Below, piece by piece: positions 38,982-48,602 of a stretch of 64,000 nt of DNA. Each line of letters starts with the position of its first letter. Within the stretch, counting starts at the first letter, position 1. The stretch lies in contig CAVSQW010000007.1 of assembly GCA_963730185.1 (NCBI GenBank), positions 160,001-224,000 on the forward strand. The letters run 5' to 3'. The notes below the pieces were generated by a model. It made no database searches and had not been told where the DNA came from. It saw only the letters and a program-made list of their open reading frames with translations. The translations under genes and the position numbers were made by a program. The stretch is from an uncultured Gemmatimonadales bacterium. Lineage in GTDB: Bacteria; Gemmatimonadota; Gemmatimonadetes; Gemmatimonadales; GWC2-71-9.

Positions 38982-41801
38982 TCAGTGCAGGTTCCAGCTC
39001 AACCCGACGCTGAACGAGCGGCCGGTGGTGTAGCGGTAGCGGACCACGTCGCCCTGCCGCTCCTCGTAGGCGGAGTCGAGCAGGTTGACCGGCGTCCGAC
39101 CTTGGCGCCGAGCCCGCCGAAGACCGGGAAGCGGACCGAGAAGTCGAGCCCCGTGGCGGGGCCTGCTCGTAGGTGTCCACCGTGATCGGGGTCACGGCCG
39201 CCGAGGTGATCCGCTTGACCGACCACGTTGTAGAGCAGGGTGGCGCTGGTGGTACTGGCTCGGCTCGTGTAGGAGAGCCCGGCGTTCACCACGTAGGGCG
39301 CCTGGCCCACCATGGGCCGCTTGTCGTTGGTCAAGCGCGGAGAGCGTCGCTGTTGCTGGTGTTGATCCGGCTCTTCATCAGGGTGACGTTGGTGAAGAAG
39401 CCGAACGGCTCCATCGCCGTGCCCAGGAAGCCCAGTCCCTTCCGAAGCTCCAGCTCCACGCCGTAGTTGAACGCCGACTGCGGCGTTGATGAAGCTCAGC
39501 TGGGAGACGCCCGAGGTGGCCACGTCGATCTGCTCGATGGGCTTGTCGAAGTGCTTGGCGAAGAGCCCACGCTCACCACCTCGCCGAAGCTGGGATACCA
39601 CTCCCAGCGCGCGTCGTAGTTCTGCACCAGCGTGCGCACCAGGCTCGAATCGCCGAAGACCTCGCGCTCGCCCAGCATGTCCCGGTAGCTGATCGGCGCC
39701 AGCTCGCGGTACTCCGGCCGGGCCAGGGTCTGCGATGGCGAGAAGCCGGAGCGTCTGGTTCTCCGGTCAGCGTTCGCGTTCAGGGCCAGCGACGTAGAGC
39801 ACATCGGTGTTGTTCCGGCGGATGTCCATGAGCGCCGCTGGCTGGCTGGGCTCCACTGCATCGCCAGCGTTCCAGCGCTCCACCCGGGCCCCGCCGATCA
39901 GCGCGGACCTTGGCGCCGAACGGGCAGCTCCGCCATGGCGTAGCCGGCCACGACCTTGTCGGTGGCGCGGTAGGTGCCGCCGCGGTGTTGGGCTCCATCG
40001 TGATCTTCGGCGCGTTGCCCTCGGTGAAGGCGCCGTAGAAGAGCTCGTCCGGCGTCGCGGCCGCGCGGGCTGCGGACTCCAGCCCCAGGGCCCGCAGGTT
40101 GTAGGACGCCGTGCGCGAGTCCCGCTCGGTGCTGCCGATAGGCGCCGCCGACCTTGACGTGGTCGGCCGGTCCGGCCGGCCCAGCGTCAGCGTGTAGTCC
40201 GGCCGCGCCGTTGATCGCGTCCTCCGGCAGTTCGACGGGGTGCGCTTGGCCGCCTCGGGAATGAACCCGAGCCAGGCCAGCGGCAGGCGCTCGCCGGTGG
40301 GCGCGTACTCGTAGCCGTAGGCCAGGTCCGACCGGTCCGGCTCGACGCGGGTAACCGCCGAGGAGGTGAACGACCAGCTGATGCGGTTCCGGTCGTTCGA
40401 GCAGGTGCTCGGCCGCTGAGCTGGTTGGAGCGGACCGTCCGCTCCACGTAGTGGAGCGACGTCCGCCGGACACTGTCGACCTGCTGGAACTCCTCCAGCG
40501 TGCCCCAGTCCAGGTGCGCCGCGTTGTCCGCGGTGCGGTCGTAGGTGTTGTTCAGCTCGAACTTGGTGCTCCGCCCCAGGTCAGGTGCTCAGGTTGAGCA
40601 GGCCGCCCCAGAGCACACTGCTCTGGCCCGTGGCTGCCGATGAACGGGTTGTAGGGTTTGGGCGTCCCCGGCGAGTCGCCCGGCACGGCGCGCGCACGCG
40701 GATGCTCGCCGTCGTGGACGTCCTGGCTGCGCGCGTAGGAGAGGGAGCCCGACGTAGCCCGATGCGATGCCCGAAGATCGGGTCTCTCGCCGCCCACGGA
40801 AAGCGCCGCCCGACAGGTTCGGCAGGGCGCTGCTGGCCTCCCGTACGCTCCAGTCGCTGGGCATGCGCCCGGATCAGGCCGTTGACGTCGGTGCTGGGTC
40901 AGGGTGGTGAAGTCGGTGTCCTGGTGAGCGCCGTCGGGCAGCGCCCGCTCCGAGGCGGCCAGGGCCAGCCACTCGCCGCCCGGTGGCGGCGGCGGTCAGG
41001 AGGTCTGCCCGGTGGCCTGCTGTTGAAGCCGCTGGAGAGCGAGAGCTGGATACGCCGGCTCGGCCGGGAAGGAGCGGGTGCGCAGGTTCACCTCGGCGCC
41101 GCTGAAGTCCCCCGGCTGGTCGGGTGTGAAGGTCTTGGAGGTGGTGATGGCGTCGAGCAGGCTGGACGGGAAGAGGTCGAGCGGCACCACCTTCTTTTCC
41201 GGCTCCGGGCTCGGCACCCGGGCGCCATTGAGCGACGTCGTGGTGTAGCGCTCGCCCAGACCCCGGACGAACACGTACTTCCCGTCCTGCACCGTGACGC
41301 CGCTGACCCGCTTCACCGCCTGGGCCGCGTCCTAGTCCGGGCTCTTGGCGATCTGCTCCGCCGTGGTGCGCGCTGATCACGCCGATCGGCGGTCCGCTGC
41401 TCGTCGAGCGCCTGGGCCACCGAGCCCTTTTCCAGCTCCGCCGAAACCGTCAGCTCGGCGATGGAGATGACCGAGTGGGTCAGGGAGACGTCCTGGGAGA
41501 CCGTTCCGCCCGCCGGGACCGTAACACCCGACACGGTCTTGGCTGTGTATCCGATGAAACGCACCTGGATGGACTGCGCGCCGGACGGCACCTCGGCCAG
41601 GGCGTAACGCCCGCCCACGCCCGAGGAGGTCTTGAGCTCCGTGCCCACGACGGAGATCTGTGCGCCCGTCACCGGCTGGCCGGTCTCGCCGTCGACGATC
41701 CGCCCCACGATGCGGCCCGTCGTCGACTGGGCCAGGGCGGGAGACACGAGCAGCACGGCCAGCAGCAGGACCGACCCCAGCGATCGATGTGTAGTTCGCA
41801 C
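38982..41801 (-). pseudogene. TonB-dependent receptor with many frameshifts and an in-frame TAG (true pseudogene or sequencing error)
   Basis: Signal peptide and carboxypeptidase-regulatory-like N-domain, plug motifs VRGLGERY and LDLFPS, barrel fragments in several frames, C-terminus RSFSVGLSWNLH*. Confidence 0.85.
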
Positions 41802-42008
41802 GCTCTTCCTCTTGGACCGGATGGACTCCGCCTCGCCTCGGCCGAGTCGGCCGGGGTCAGGGAAGACCGAATGGAAGCGCTGGCCCCACTCGGTTCCGCC
41901 AAGATCCGGTCACCGTGTTGTAACGAATGGCCTGCTGCGTGACGTTCGTGGGACGGACCCGTCACCGCGGGCCGTCGCGAACGCCTGGGAGGCGGGCTGC
42001 GCGGGGAG

Positions 42009-42848
42009 CTACAAGTCTTCCCGCTCCACCCGGCGGGAGACCCGCTCGGTCACGTAGACCTCGGGAGGTGCGTTGGGCTTGACCCGAACGGACTTGGCCG
42101 GAATCCCGACGTTCACGTGATAGGGCTTCACGTCTTTGGTGGCCAGCGCGAGCGCGCCGACCATCCCGTTCCGGCCGATCCGGTTACCGGCCAGGACGGT
42201 GGCGTGGTAGGTGATCCGGACGTCGTCCTCCAGGATGGTCCGCGCGTCGGTCACCTCCAGCTGGTCCACGATGCTGTGGGTGTGGCTATAGAGGTTGGCG
42301 TAGTCGGAGATGCTCACCCGGTTGCCGAGCGTGATCCCGCCCCGGTCGTCGAGCAGGACGTGGCGGTGCACCACCACGTCGTCGCCGACCTCCATGTTGT
42401 AGCCGAACGAGAACTCCACCTGCTGGAACGCTTTGAAGTTCGCCCCGCAGCGGGCGAAGATCCGGGGTGCCAGGAGCCGGCGCAGCCGGACGCCGAGGTC
42501 CACGTGCTGGCCGCCCATGGGGGAGCGATCGAACGAGTACCAGAGCCAGAGCAGCGGCTTGACCCGGGCGAACTTCGCGACGTCCACCTCGGCGTAGTAC
42601 TCGGGTTCCAGGGTGATGCAGTGGGGGTCGAGCGCCGCGAGCGCGGCTTGGGCGGTGGGCGTCGTCGGCTTGGCGTCGCCGTACCGGCCTTGCCCCGGGT
42701 GCCAGATCTCGAACAGAACTTCGCGACAGAGGGCGTACCAGTCGGCGTCCGGTTCGGCGAGCCGGCCCTCGATCATCTGAAGCCAGTCGTCGTAGATGGC
42801 CTGGGCGCGGCCGGGAAGGGGTACGGGACGCAGGGGACGCAATACCAT
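42009..42848 (-). CDS. Left-handed beta-helix (hexapeptide repeat) acyltransferase
   Basis: Hexapeptide repeats (VGDDVV, LGNRVSI, LEDDVRI, IGRNGMVG) and GIPAK. Confidence 0.85.
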   Translation of the reverse strand: MVLRPLRPVPLPGRAQAIYDDWLQMIEGRLAEPDADWYALCREVLFEIWHPGQGRYGDAKPTTPTAQAALAALDPHCITLEPEYYAEVDVAKFARVKPLLWLWYSFDRSPMGGQHVDLGVRLRRLLAPRIFARCGANFKAFQQVEFSFGYNMEVGDDVVVHRHVLLDDRGGITLGNRVSISDYANLYSHTHSIVDQLEVTDARTILEDDVRITYHATVLAGNRIGRNGMVGALALATKDVKPYHVNVGIPAKSVRVKPNAPPEVYVTERVSRRVEREDL

Positions 42849-42925
42849 GGAGCGAGCTCGAGGCCAAAGACCTGCCGAATCTAGCGGCGCTCGGCGCCGG
42901 CCCGCGACCCGCCTCCCGGTCCGCT

Positions 42926-43522
42926 CTAGCGCTCCGCCTCGCCCGCCTGCCGCTCGATCTCCAGCCCCAACTCCTCCAACCCCATTCCCGTGTCGCTGCT
43001 GGTCAGGAGCAGCTCGTGGGGCTCGAGCTCGAGCTCCCCGGCCCGGGATGCCTGGGCCCGGACCCGCTGCCCATGGGGCAGCTTGTCGGCCTTGGTGAGG
43101 ACGGCCAGAACGGGGCACCCGCTCTCGGTCAGGAGCTCGCGCATCGCCAGGTCGTCGCTCGATGGTGGGTGCCTGATGTCGATCAGCCAGACCACGGCGC
43201 GGACCTGCTCCCGCTGGCGGATCACGGTCTCCAGCATCTGCCGAAATCGGATCCGGTCCGCCTTCGACACCCGGGCGAATCCGTAGCCCGGCAGGTCGAC
43301 GAGATAGAGGTTGGGCAGGCGAAAGACGTTGAGCAGCTGTGTCTTCCCCGGGGTCCGACTGGTCCGGGCGATCTTCTGGCCCACCAAGGCGTTGAGGAGG
43401 GTCGATTTGCCGACGTTCGACCGCCCCAGAAAAACGAACTCGGGCAGGACCGGGGTCAGGGGATGGCGGGGATCGGGGAAGCTCCCGACGAACTCGATCG
43501 GGCGGCCGGACAGCGGTGGCAG
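42926..43522 (-). CDS. engB: Ribosome biogenesis GTPase EngB/YsxC (probable CTG start)
   Basis: [20 protein letters not shown] and TKADK motifs. Located directly after clpX. Confidence 0.92.
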   Translation of the reverse strand: MPPLSGRPIEFVGSFPDPRHPLTPVLPEFVFLGRSNVGKSTLLNALVGQKIARTSRTPGKTQLLNVFRLPNLYLVDLPGYGFARVSKADRIRFRQMLETVIRQREQVRAVVWLIDIRHPPSSDDLAMRELLTESGCPVLAVLTKADKLPHGQRVRAQASRAGELELEPHELLLTSSDTGMGLEELGLEIERQAGEAER

Positions 43523-43526
43523 GAGG

Positions 43527-44783
43527 CTATGCTTCCTTGACCGCCCTCGGCCGCTCCGTGATGACCAGCGGGGGCGACCCTTCGTTGATCGACTCGGGGG
43601 TGATGACCACCTCGCGCACGTCGTCCCGGGTCGGGAGCTCGAACATGATGTCGGTCATCACGTTCTCGAGGATGGCGCGGAGGCCCCGGGCGCCGGTGCC
43701 TCGCTTGAGCGCCTTCCGGGCCACGGCCCTGAGAGCCTCCTGGTCGAACGTCAGCCCAACCGATTCGAGCTCGAACAGCTTTTCGTACTGCTTGCTGAGC
43801 GAGTTCTTGGGCTCGACCAGGATCCGGACCAGGGCCTCCTCGTCGAGCGACTGCAGCGGCACGATCACCGGGAGACGGCCCACCAGCTCGGGGATCAGCC
43901 CGAAGCGGAGCAGGTCGTCGGGCTCGGCGTGCGCGAACGGGCTGGCCTTGTCGACCACCGCCTGGGGGGTGCCGTCGCTGGCCGGCGCGCGGGTGAAGCC
44001 GATCTGCTGGTGGCCGAGCCGGTTCTCGATCACTTTCTCGAGCCCGTCGAAGGCTCCGCCGCAGATGAACAGGATGTCCTTGGTGTTGATCTGGATGTAT
44101 TCCTGCTGCGGGTGCTTCCGGCCCCCCTGGGGCGGCACGCTGGCAACCGTCCCTTCGAGGATCTTGAGCAGCGCCTGCTGCACCCCCTCGCCGGACACGT
44201 CGCGGGTGATGCTCGGATTCTCCGACTTTCGGGCAATCTTGTCGATCTCGTCGATGTAGACGATGCCCCGCTCGCACTCCGAGACGTTGAACTCGCCGGC
44301 CTGCAGGAGCCGAACGAGGATGTTCTCCACGTCCTCGCCCACGTAGCCCGCCTCGGTCAGCGTGGTGGCGTCGGCGATGGTGAAGGGGACGTCGAGGATC
44401 CGGGCCAAGGTCTGGGCCAGCAACGTCTTGCCGACGCCGGTGGGGCCCAGCAGCAGGATGTTCGACTTGTCCAGTTCCACCGAGTTGTCGCGGCCGGCGG
44501 CGGCGTTGATTCGTTTGTAGTGGTTGTAGACGGCGACGGCCAGGGTCCGCTTGGCGCGCTCCTGGCCGATCACGTACTGGTCCAGCACGTCCTTGATCTC
44601 GCTGGGGGTCGGAACGTGGGTGATGTTGTCGACCACGTCCCGCTCTTCGTCCTCGGCCAGGATCTCGTTGCAGAGCGAGATGCACTCGTTGCAGATGTAG
44701 ACCGACGGGCCGGAGATGAACTTCCGGACCGAATCCTTCGACTTACCGCAGAAGGAACAGCGGAGGTGCTTGTCGTTGGACAT
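43527..44783 (-). CDS. clpX: ATP-dependent Clp protease ATP-binding subunit
   Basis: Zinc finger CSFC...[24 protein letters not shown] and IGF loop. Confidence 0.98.
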   Translation of the reverse strand: MSNDKHLRCSFCGKSKDSVRKFISGPSVYICNECISLCNEILAEDEERDVVDNITHVPTPSEIKDVLDQYVIGQERAKRTLAVAVYNHYKRINAAAGRDNSVELDKSNILLLGPTGVGKTLLAQTLARILDVPFTIADATTLTEAGYVGEDVENILVRLLQAGEFNVSECERGIVYIDEIDKIARKSENPSITRDVSGEGVQQALLKILEGTVASVPPQGGRKHPQQEYIQINTKDILFICGGAFDGLEKVIENRLGHQQIGFTRAPASDGTPQAVVDKASPFAHAEPDDLLRFGLIPELVGRLPVIVPLQSLDEEALVRILVEPKNSLSKQYEKLFELESVGLTFDQEALRAVARKALKRGTGARGLRAILENVMTDIMFELPTRDDVREVVITPESINEGSPPLVITERPRAVKEA

Positions 44784-44851
44784 GATCGGTCGCCAACCGC
44801 GTCACGGGATTTCGAAAATACTGGCGGGTACCGCCCGCCGCTGAACCTGGT

Positions 44852-44867
44852 CGCAAGAATGCTACCA
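44852..44867 (-). promoter_or_regulatory. Putative sigma54 -24/-12 promoter of clpX
   Basis: Minus strand reads TGGTAGCATTCTTGCG, with exact GG-N10-GC spacing, about 70 bp upstream of ATG. Confidence 0.55.
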
Positions 44868-45181
44868 ACAATCGCCCGGCGGCCGTTCCCGCGTCAAGCC
44901 TGACCGCCCGCTTTCGATCTGGGTCAGAAACAGCGAAACCAATGTGAATAAAGGACTTGGGTCATGTGCGCCGAGACTTTTCCCGGCCGGAACCGCCGCC
45001 AGGTCCCCGTCCGGGAACGGCGGTTGAGCTCGGCGGCCGGACCCGCCCCGTACCGACCGGCCCCCGAAAAACGCGAGCGTCGACCATCCGGCCGATTCCC
45101 GTCCGGTCAGGCCCCCGAAAAGGTCGGCGGGCCCCGCCCCCGAGGCCCGCAGCGCACCCAGCCGTCCAGCCGTCCGCCCGT

Positions 45182-45799
45182 CTAGTCCTTCTTCTTCCCG
45201 TCCGGGGTGCGGGTCGGCTCGAATACCGTGTCGATGATCCCGTAGGTCTTGGCTTCGTCGGCGCTCATGTACCGGTCGCGATCCACGTCCTTCTCGACGG
45301 CCTCCAGCGTCTGGCCGGTGTGCGCCGCGAAAAGCCGGTTCATGGTCTCCCGCGTGTGGAGGATCTCCCGCGCCATGATCTCGATGTCGGCGGCGGTGCC
45401 CTGCGACCCGCCCGACGGCTGGTGGATCATGATCCGGGCGTGAGGCAGCGCGGCCCGCTTGCCCTTGGTGCCGGACGCGAGCAGGAAGGCGCCCATCGAG
45501 GCCGCCATGCCCATGCAGATCGTGTTGATCGGGGCCCGGAGGTGCTGCATCGTGTCGTAGATCGCCAACCCCGAGTGGACGTGCCCGCCCGGGGAGTTGA
45601 TGTACATGTTGATGTCCTTGTCCGGATTGTCGGCATCCAGGAACAGGAGCTGGGCGATGATGATGTTGGCGACGTCGTCGTTGATCCCGGCACCGAGGAA
45701 CACGATCCGGTCCATCAGGAGCCGCGAGAAGATGTCGTAGGTCCGCTCGCCCCGGGGCGAGCGCTCGATGATGTACGGGGGATACAGCATGGTGCTCAC
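45182..45799 (-). CDS. clpP: ATP-dependent Clp protease proteolytic subunit
   Basis: [25 protein letters not shown] and DRD motifs. Confidence 0.98.
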   Translation of the reverse strand: MSTMLYPPYIIERSPRGERTYDIFSRLLMDRIVFLGAGINDDVANIIIAQLLFLDADNPDKDINMYINSPGGHVHSGLAIYDTMQHLRAPINTICMGMAASMGAFLLASGTKGKRAALPHARIMIHQPSGGSQGTAADIEIMAREILHTRETMNRLFAAHTGQTLEAVEKDVDRDRYMSADEAKTYGIIDTVFEPTRTPDGKKKD

Positions 45800-47049
45800 G
45801 CGCTCTTCTCCTCGACCGTGGACTGCTGGAGCAGGAACTCGAAGACCTTCTCCTCGGTGATGCTGCGCTCGAGCTCGGGCAACCGCTTATTCTTCTCGAA
45901 CGAAGCGTAGACCTCGGCGGGCGACACCCCCCGACCTTCCGCGAGCTTCGCGATCCGGCCGTCGAGGTCGGCTTCCGTGGCGAACAGCTTCTCCCGCTCG
46001 GCCACCGCCCCGACCACCAGCTCCCGCTTCACGTGGTTCACGGCCACCGGCCGGAACTCGGTGTAGAACTGCTCCTCCCGCTCGTGGGGCACTTCGTAGG
46101 CGTGGAGGTAGGCGTGGAGGGCCCGGTTGACCAGCGACGGCGGGGCTTCGACCCCGTTCGCCTCGATGACCTGATTGAGCACGGCCTCGCGGACGCCGGC
46201 CTCCGCCTCGCGGGCCGCGTTTCGCTCCAGGTCGCTCCGAACCCCCGCCCGGAGCGCCGCCAGGTCGTCGAAGTCGCCGACCTCCTTGGCGAAGCCGTCG
46301 TCGATGGGCGGCAGCTCCTGGCGCTTCACCTCCAGCAGCGAGACCCGGACCTTCCGGTGCTGGCCCCGCCGAGTCGGATCGGGGTGGTCGTCCGGCAATT
46401 TGATGTCCGCCTCGGCCGTCTCGCCGGGCTTGAGCTCCATGATCTTTTCTTCCAGGGCCGGCACCGCCTGGCCCTGGCCCACCACCACGGAGTAGGTCTG
46501 CGGATCCTTGAGCTCCCCGTCCTCGATCGAGGTTACCTCCACCCGTACCATGTTGCCCGGCACGGGCGCCGCGTCGGCCACCGGAATCCAGGCGGCCCGA
46601 CTCTCCCGAAGCTGCTCGATCTGCTCGGCCACCATCTCGTCCGTGACCGGCACCACCTCGCGGGTGACGGTGAAGCCTCCCAGGCGGCTGAGCTCGATCG
46701 ACGGGCGGACGTCGACCTGAAAGTCGAACTCGACCGGCTGGCCGTCCTCGAACTTGAGGTTCCGGACCGTCGGATCGGAGATCGGCTTGAGGTCGTCCGC
46801 CGTCCGGGCCTGCTCCCAGCCCTCCCGGATCACTTCCTCGATGACGTATTGGCGGATCGCCTGCCCGAAGCGTTTTCGGACCACGGCGTCGGGTGCCTTG
46901 CCGGCCCGAAACCCGGGCAGCTTGGCCCGACGCCCATACTCGCGGAGCGCCCGCGCCTCGGCCGCCTGGACGCGGTCGACCGGGACGGTGACGTGCAATG
47001 ATTTCGACGCCGCGTCTTCCGCGGTAGCCGTGATGGTGATCTCAGTCAT
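45796..47049 (-). CDS. tig: Trigger factor
   Basis: Ribosome-binding motif PGFRAGKAP and FKBP-like domain. Conserved tig-clpP-clpX order. Confidence 0.95.
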   Translation of the reverse strand: MTEITITATAEDAASKSLHVTVPVDRVQAAEARALREYGRRAKLPGFRAGKAPDAVVRKRFGQAIRQYVIEEVIREGWEQARTADDLKPISDPTVRNLKFEDGQPVEFDFQVDVRPSIELSRLGGFTVTREVVPVTDEMVAEQIEQLRESRAAWIPVADAAPVPGNMVRVEVTSIEDGELKDPQTYSVVVGQGQAVPALEEKIMELKPGETAEADIKLPDDHPDPTRRGQHRKVRVSLLEVKRQELPPIDDGFAKEVGDFDDLAALRAGVRSDLERNAAREAEAGVREAVLNQVIEANGVEAPPSLVNRALHAYLHAYEVPHEREEQFYTEFRPVAVNHVKRELVVGAVAEREKLFATEADLDGRIAKLAEGRGVSPAEVYASFEKNKRLPELERSITEEKVFEFLLQQSTVEEKSA

Positions 47050-47128
47050 AAGCGGGCGGAATCTAGACCCCCCCAGACTGATGGGGTAGGCCGAATGGAA
47101 GGAAGGAGGGGCCTGCCCGGGAGGGGGG

Positions 47129-47407
47129 CTACTGCGGCGCGATCGGAAGCGTAGGCTGCCCCGAGGTCGCGCTGACGACGCTTACGACCAGCTTGACCGC
47201 CAAGGTCAGGGCCGGAAGACCCACCCCGGTGGCCAGCAAGACCAGGTTCGCCGCCACCAACGGTGACGTCAACCGGTTCACCAGGCGCCGATCCCGGGTC
47301 AGGAACACCCCGATCGCCGCCAGGCCGTTGAGGAGCAGGAACGCGACCGCCGACCAACGGAAGGCCGTCGCGCCGAGAGTGCCGAGTGAGGTGGCTAGGT
47401 TTTCCAT
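47129..47407 (-). CDS. Small hypothetical membrane protein
   Basis: GGAGG RBS and two hydrophobic helices. Confidence 0.6.
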   Translation of the reverse strand: MENLATSLGTLGATAFRWSAVAFLLLNGLAAIGVFLTRDRRLVNRLTSPLVAANLVLLATGVGLPALTLAVKLVVSVVSATSGQPTLPIAPQ

Positions 47408-47455
47408 GGGACGGGTACCTCCACGTCGAGACGACGGGACCCCGAGATCAATGCG

Positions 47456-47536
47456 TGCGAACGGCGGGAGTCGAACCCGCACCCCGCGAGGGACAGGATC
47501 CTAAATCCTGCGCGTCTGCCATTCCGCCACGTTCGC
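47456..47536 (-). tRNA. tRNA-Leu (anticodon TAG), CCA not encoded
   Basis: GCGAACG acceptor stem, D loop GGAATGGCAGAC, anticodon arm CAGGA-TTTAGGA-TCCTG, long variable arm, GGTTCGACTCC T arm. Confidence 0.95.
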
Positions 47537-47658
47537 GCGACCAGCCCCGGCTGGGGCCGGATGAGAATTGGATAACTGCTCAACATTACCAACGCTATCG
47601 GATTCGCGCGAGCGGTTGTTTCGAGGTGGAACCTCAACTGGTGTCCCGACTTGCGGCC

Positions 47659-48030
47659 CTAGCTCCCCGATCGAGCCCGGAACCGCCGAAGGGCCTCGAT
47701 CGCCTCGTGTCCCCGGGCGTCGAGCGTGGGGAGGTATTCCCCGGCCTTCGCGGTCCTGCCCTCCCGGGCCTCCCCCTCGAGCTCGGCGGCCAGGCCGGCC
47801 AGGGCTACCGCCCCGATGGTGGCCGCGCTGCCCTTGAGGGCGTGGGCCGCCTTGCGAATCGGGTCCGCCGCGCCCTCGCCGACCGCCTCCCGCAAGCCGG
47901 CGAGCCGCTTCGGCAGGTCGGCTTCGAAGACCTCGATCAACTCGAGGATGAGATCCGGTTCGCCCTCCTCCTGGAGGATCCGGTAGCGGTCGAGCACCTG
48001 CTCGTCGATGACACCGACGTCGTGGGCCAT
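47659..48030 (-). CDS. Stand-alone Hpt phosphotransfer protein
   Basis: AAHALKGSAATIGA motif. AGGAG RBS. Confidence 0.88.
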   Translation of the reverse strand: MAHDVGVIDEQVLDRYRILQEEGEPDLILELIEVFEADLPKRLAGLREAVGEGAADPIRKAAHALKGSAATIGAVALAGLAAELEGEAREGRTAKAGEYLPTLDARGHEAIEALRRFRARSGS

Positions 48031-48164
48031 AGGCTCCTGTTCTTGGGCAAAGGGTCCAGCCTTGAGCATCGGCCCGCCCGGGCCGGTCCTTGAGCTCCGG
48101 GGTGATAGGGGGGGCTTGGCGCGGGTGTTAGATTAGGCGCCCTCTTGCGGTGGAGCGGATCGTG

Positions 48165-48524
48165 ATGCGGATCACATGGCGGCGCGGGGTGCGGTTGCTG
48201 GCGTTGGGTGCCCTGGTGGCGGCCGGAGCGTGCGAGCGCCCGGACGCCCGCCTCGAGAAGCTCGCCCTCGGGATCTCCAAGGACAGCGTGCTCGCCCTCA
48301 TGGGCGGGCAGCCCGCCCGAACCGATGCCTACCTGAACCAGGGGCAGTACATCCAGGCCCTCTACTTTCCCCCCCACGGCTCGGCCCCGCCGGACTCCGG
48401 CCAGGATCGGACCATGTCGCCCGTCATCCTGATTGGAGCCACGGGCAAGGTCACCGGCTGGGGTTGGTCCTATTGGGATTCGGTCGCCGCGGCCAACAAG
48501 ATCCAGGTGGCGCCGGCGAAGTAG
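48165..48524 (+). CDS. Small lipoprotein (SmpA/DUF3192-like)
   Basis: Lipobox AGAC and LG.SK..V...MG pattern. Confidence 0.65.
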   Translation: MRITWRRGVRLLALGALVAAGACERPDARLEKLALGISKDSVLALMGGQPARTDAYLNQGQYIQALYFPPHGSAPPDSGQDRTMSPVILIGATGKVTGWGWSYWDSVAAANKIQVAPAK

Positions 48525-48543
48525 GGGGCCGGACCCGGAGAGA

Positions 48544-48581
48544 GCACGAGGCCCCCGGCCAGCCGGCCGGGGGCCTCGTGC
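48544..48581. repeat. GC-rich palindrome (REP/bidirectional terminator-like), copy 2
   Basis: GCACGAGGCCCCCGGCC-agcc-GGCCGGGGGCCTCGTGC, a 17-bp stem between convergent genes. Confidence 0.8.
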
Positions 48582-48602
48582 GTTCGTCCCCTCGACCGGC
48601 GG

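Noticed and set aside
41332..41334. Amber readthrough (pyrrolysine or recoding) in the TonB receptor
   Set aside because: TAG is used as a normal stop in many genes here, and the codon lies in an error-rich region.
47400..47660. Prophage or integrative element at tRNA-Leu
   Set aside because: There is no integrase, att duplication or compositional shift.
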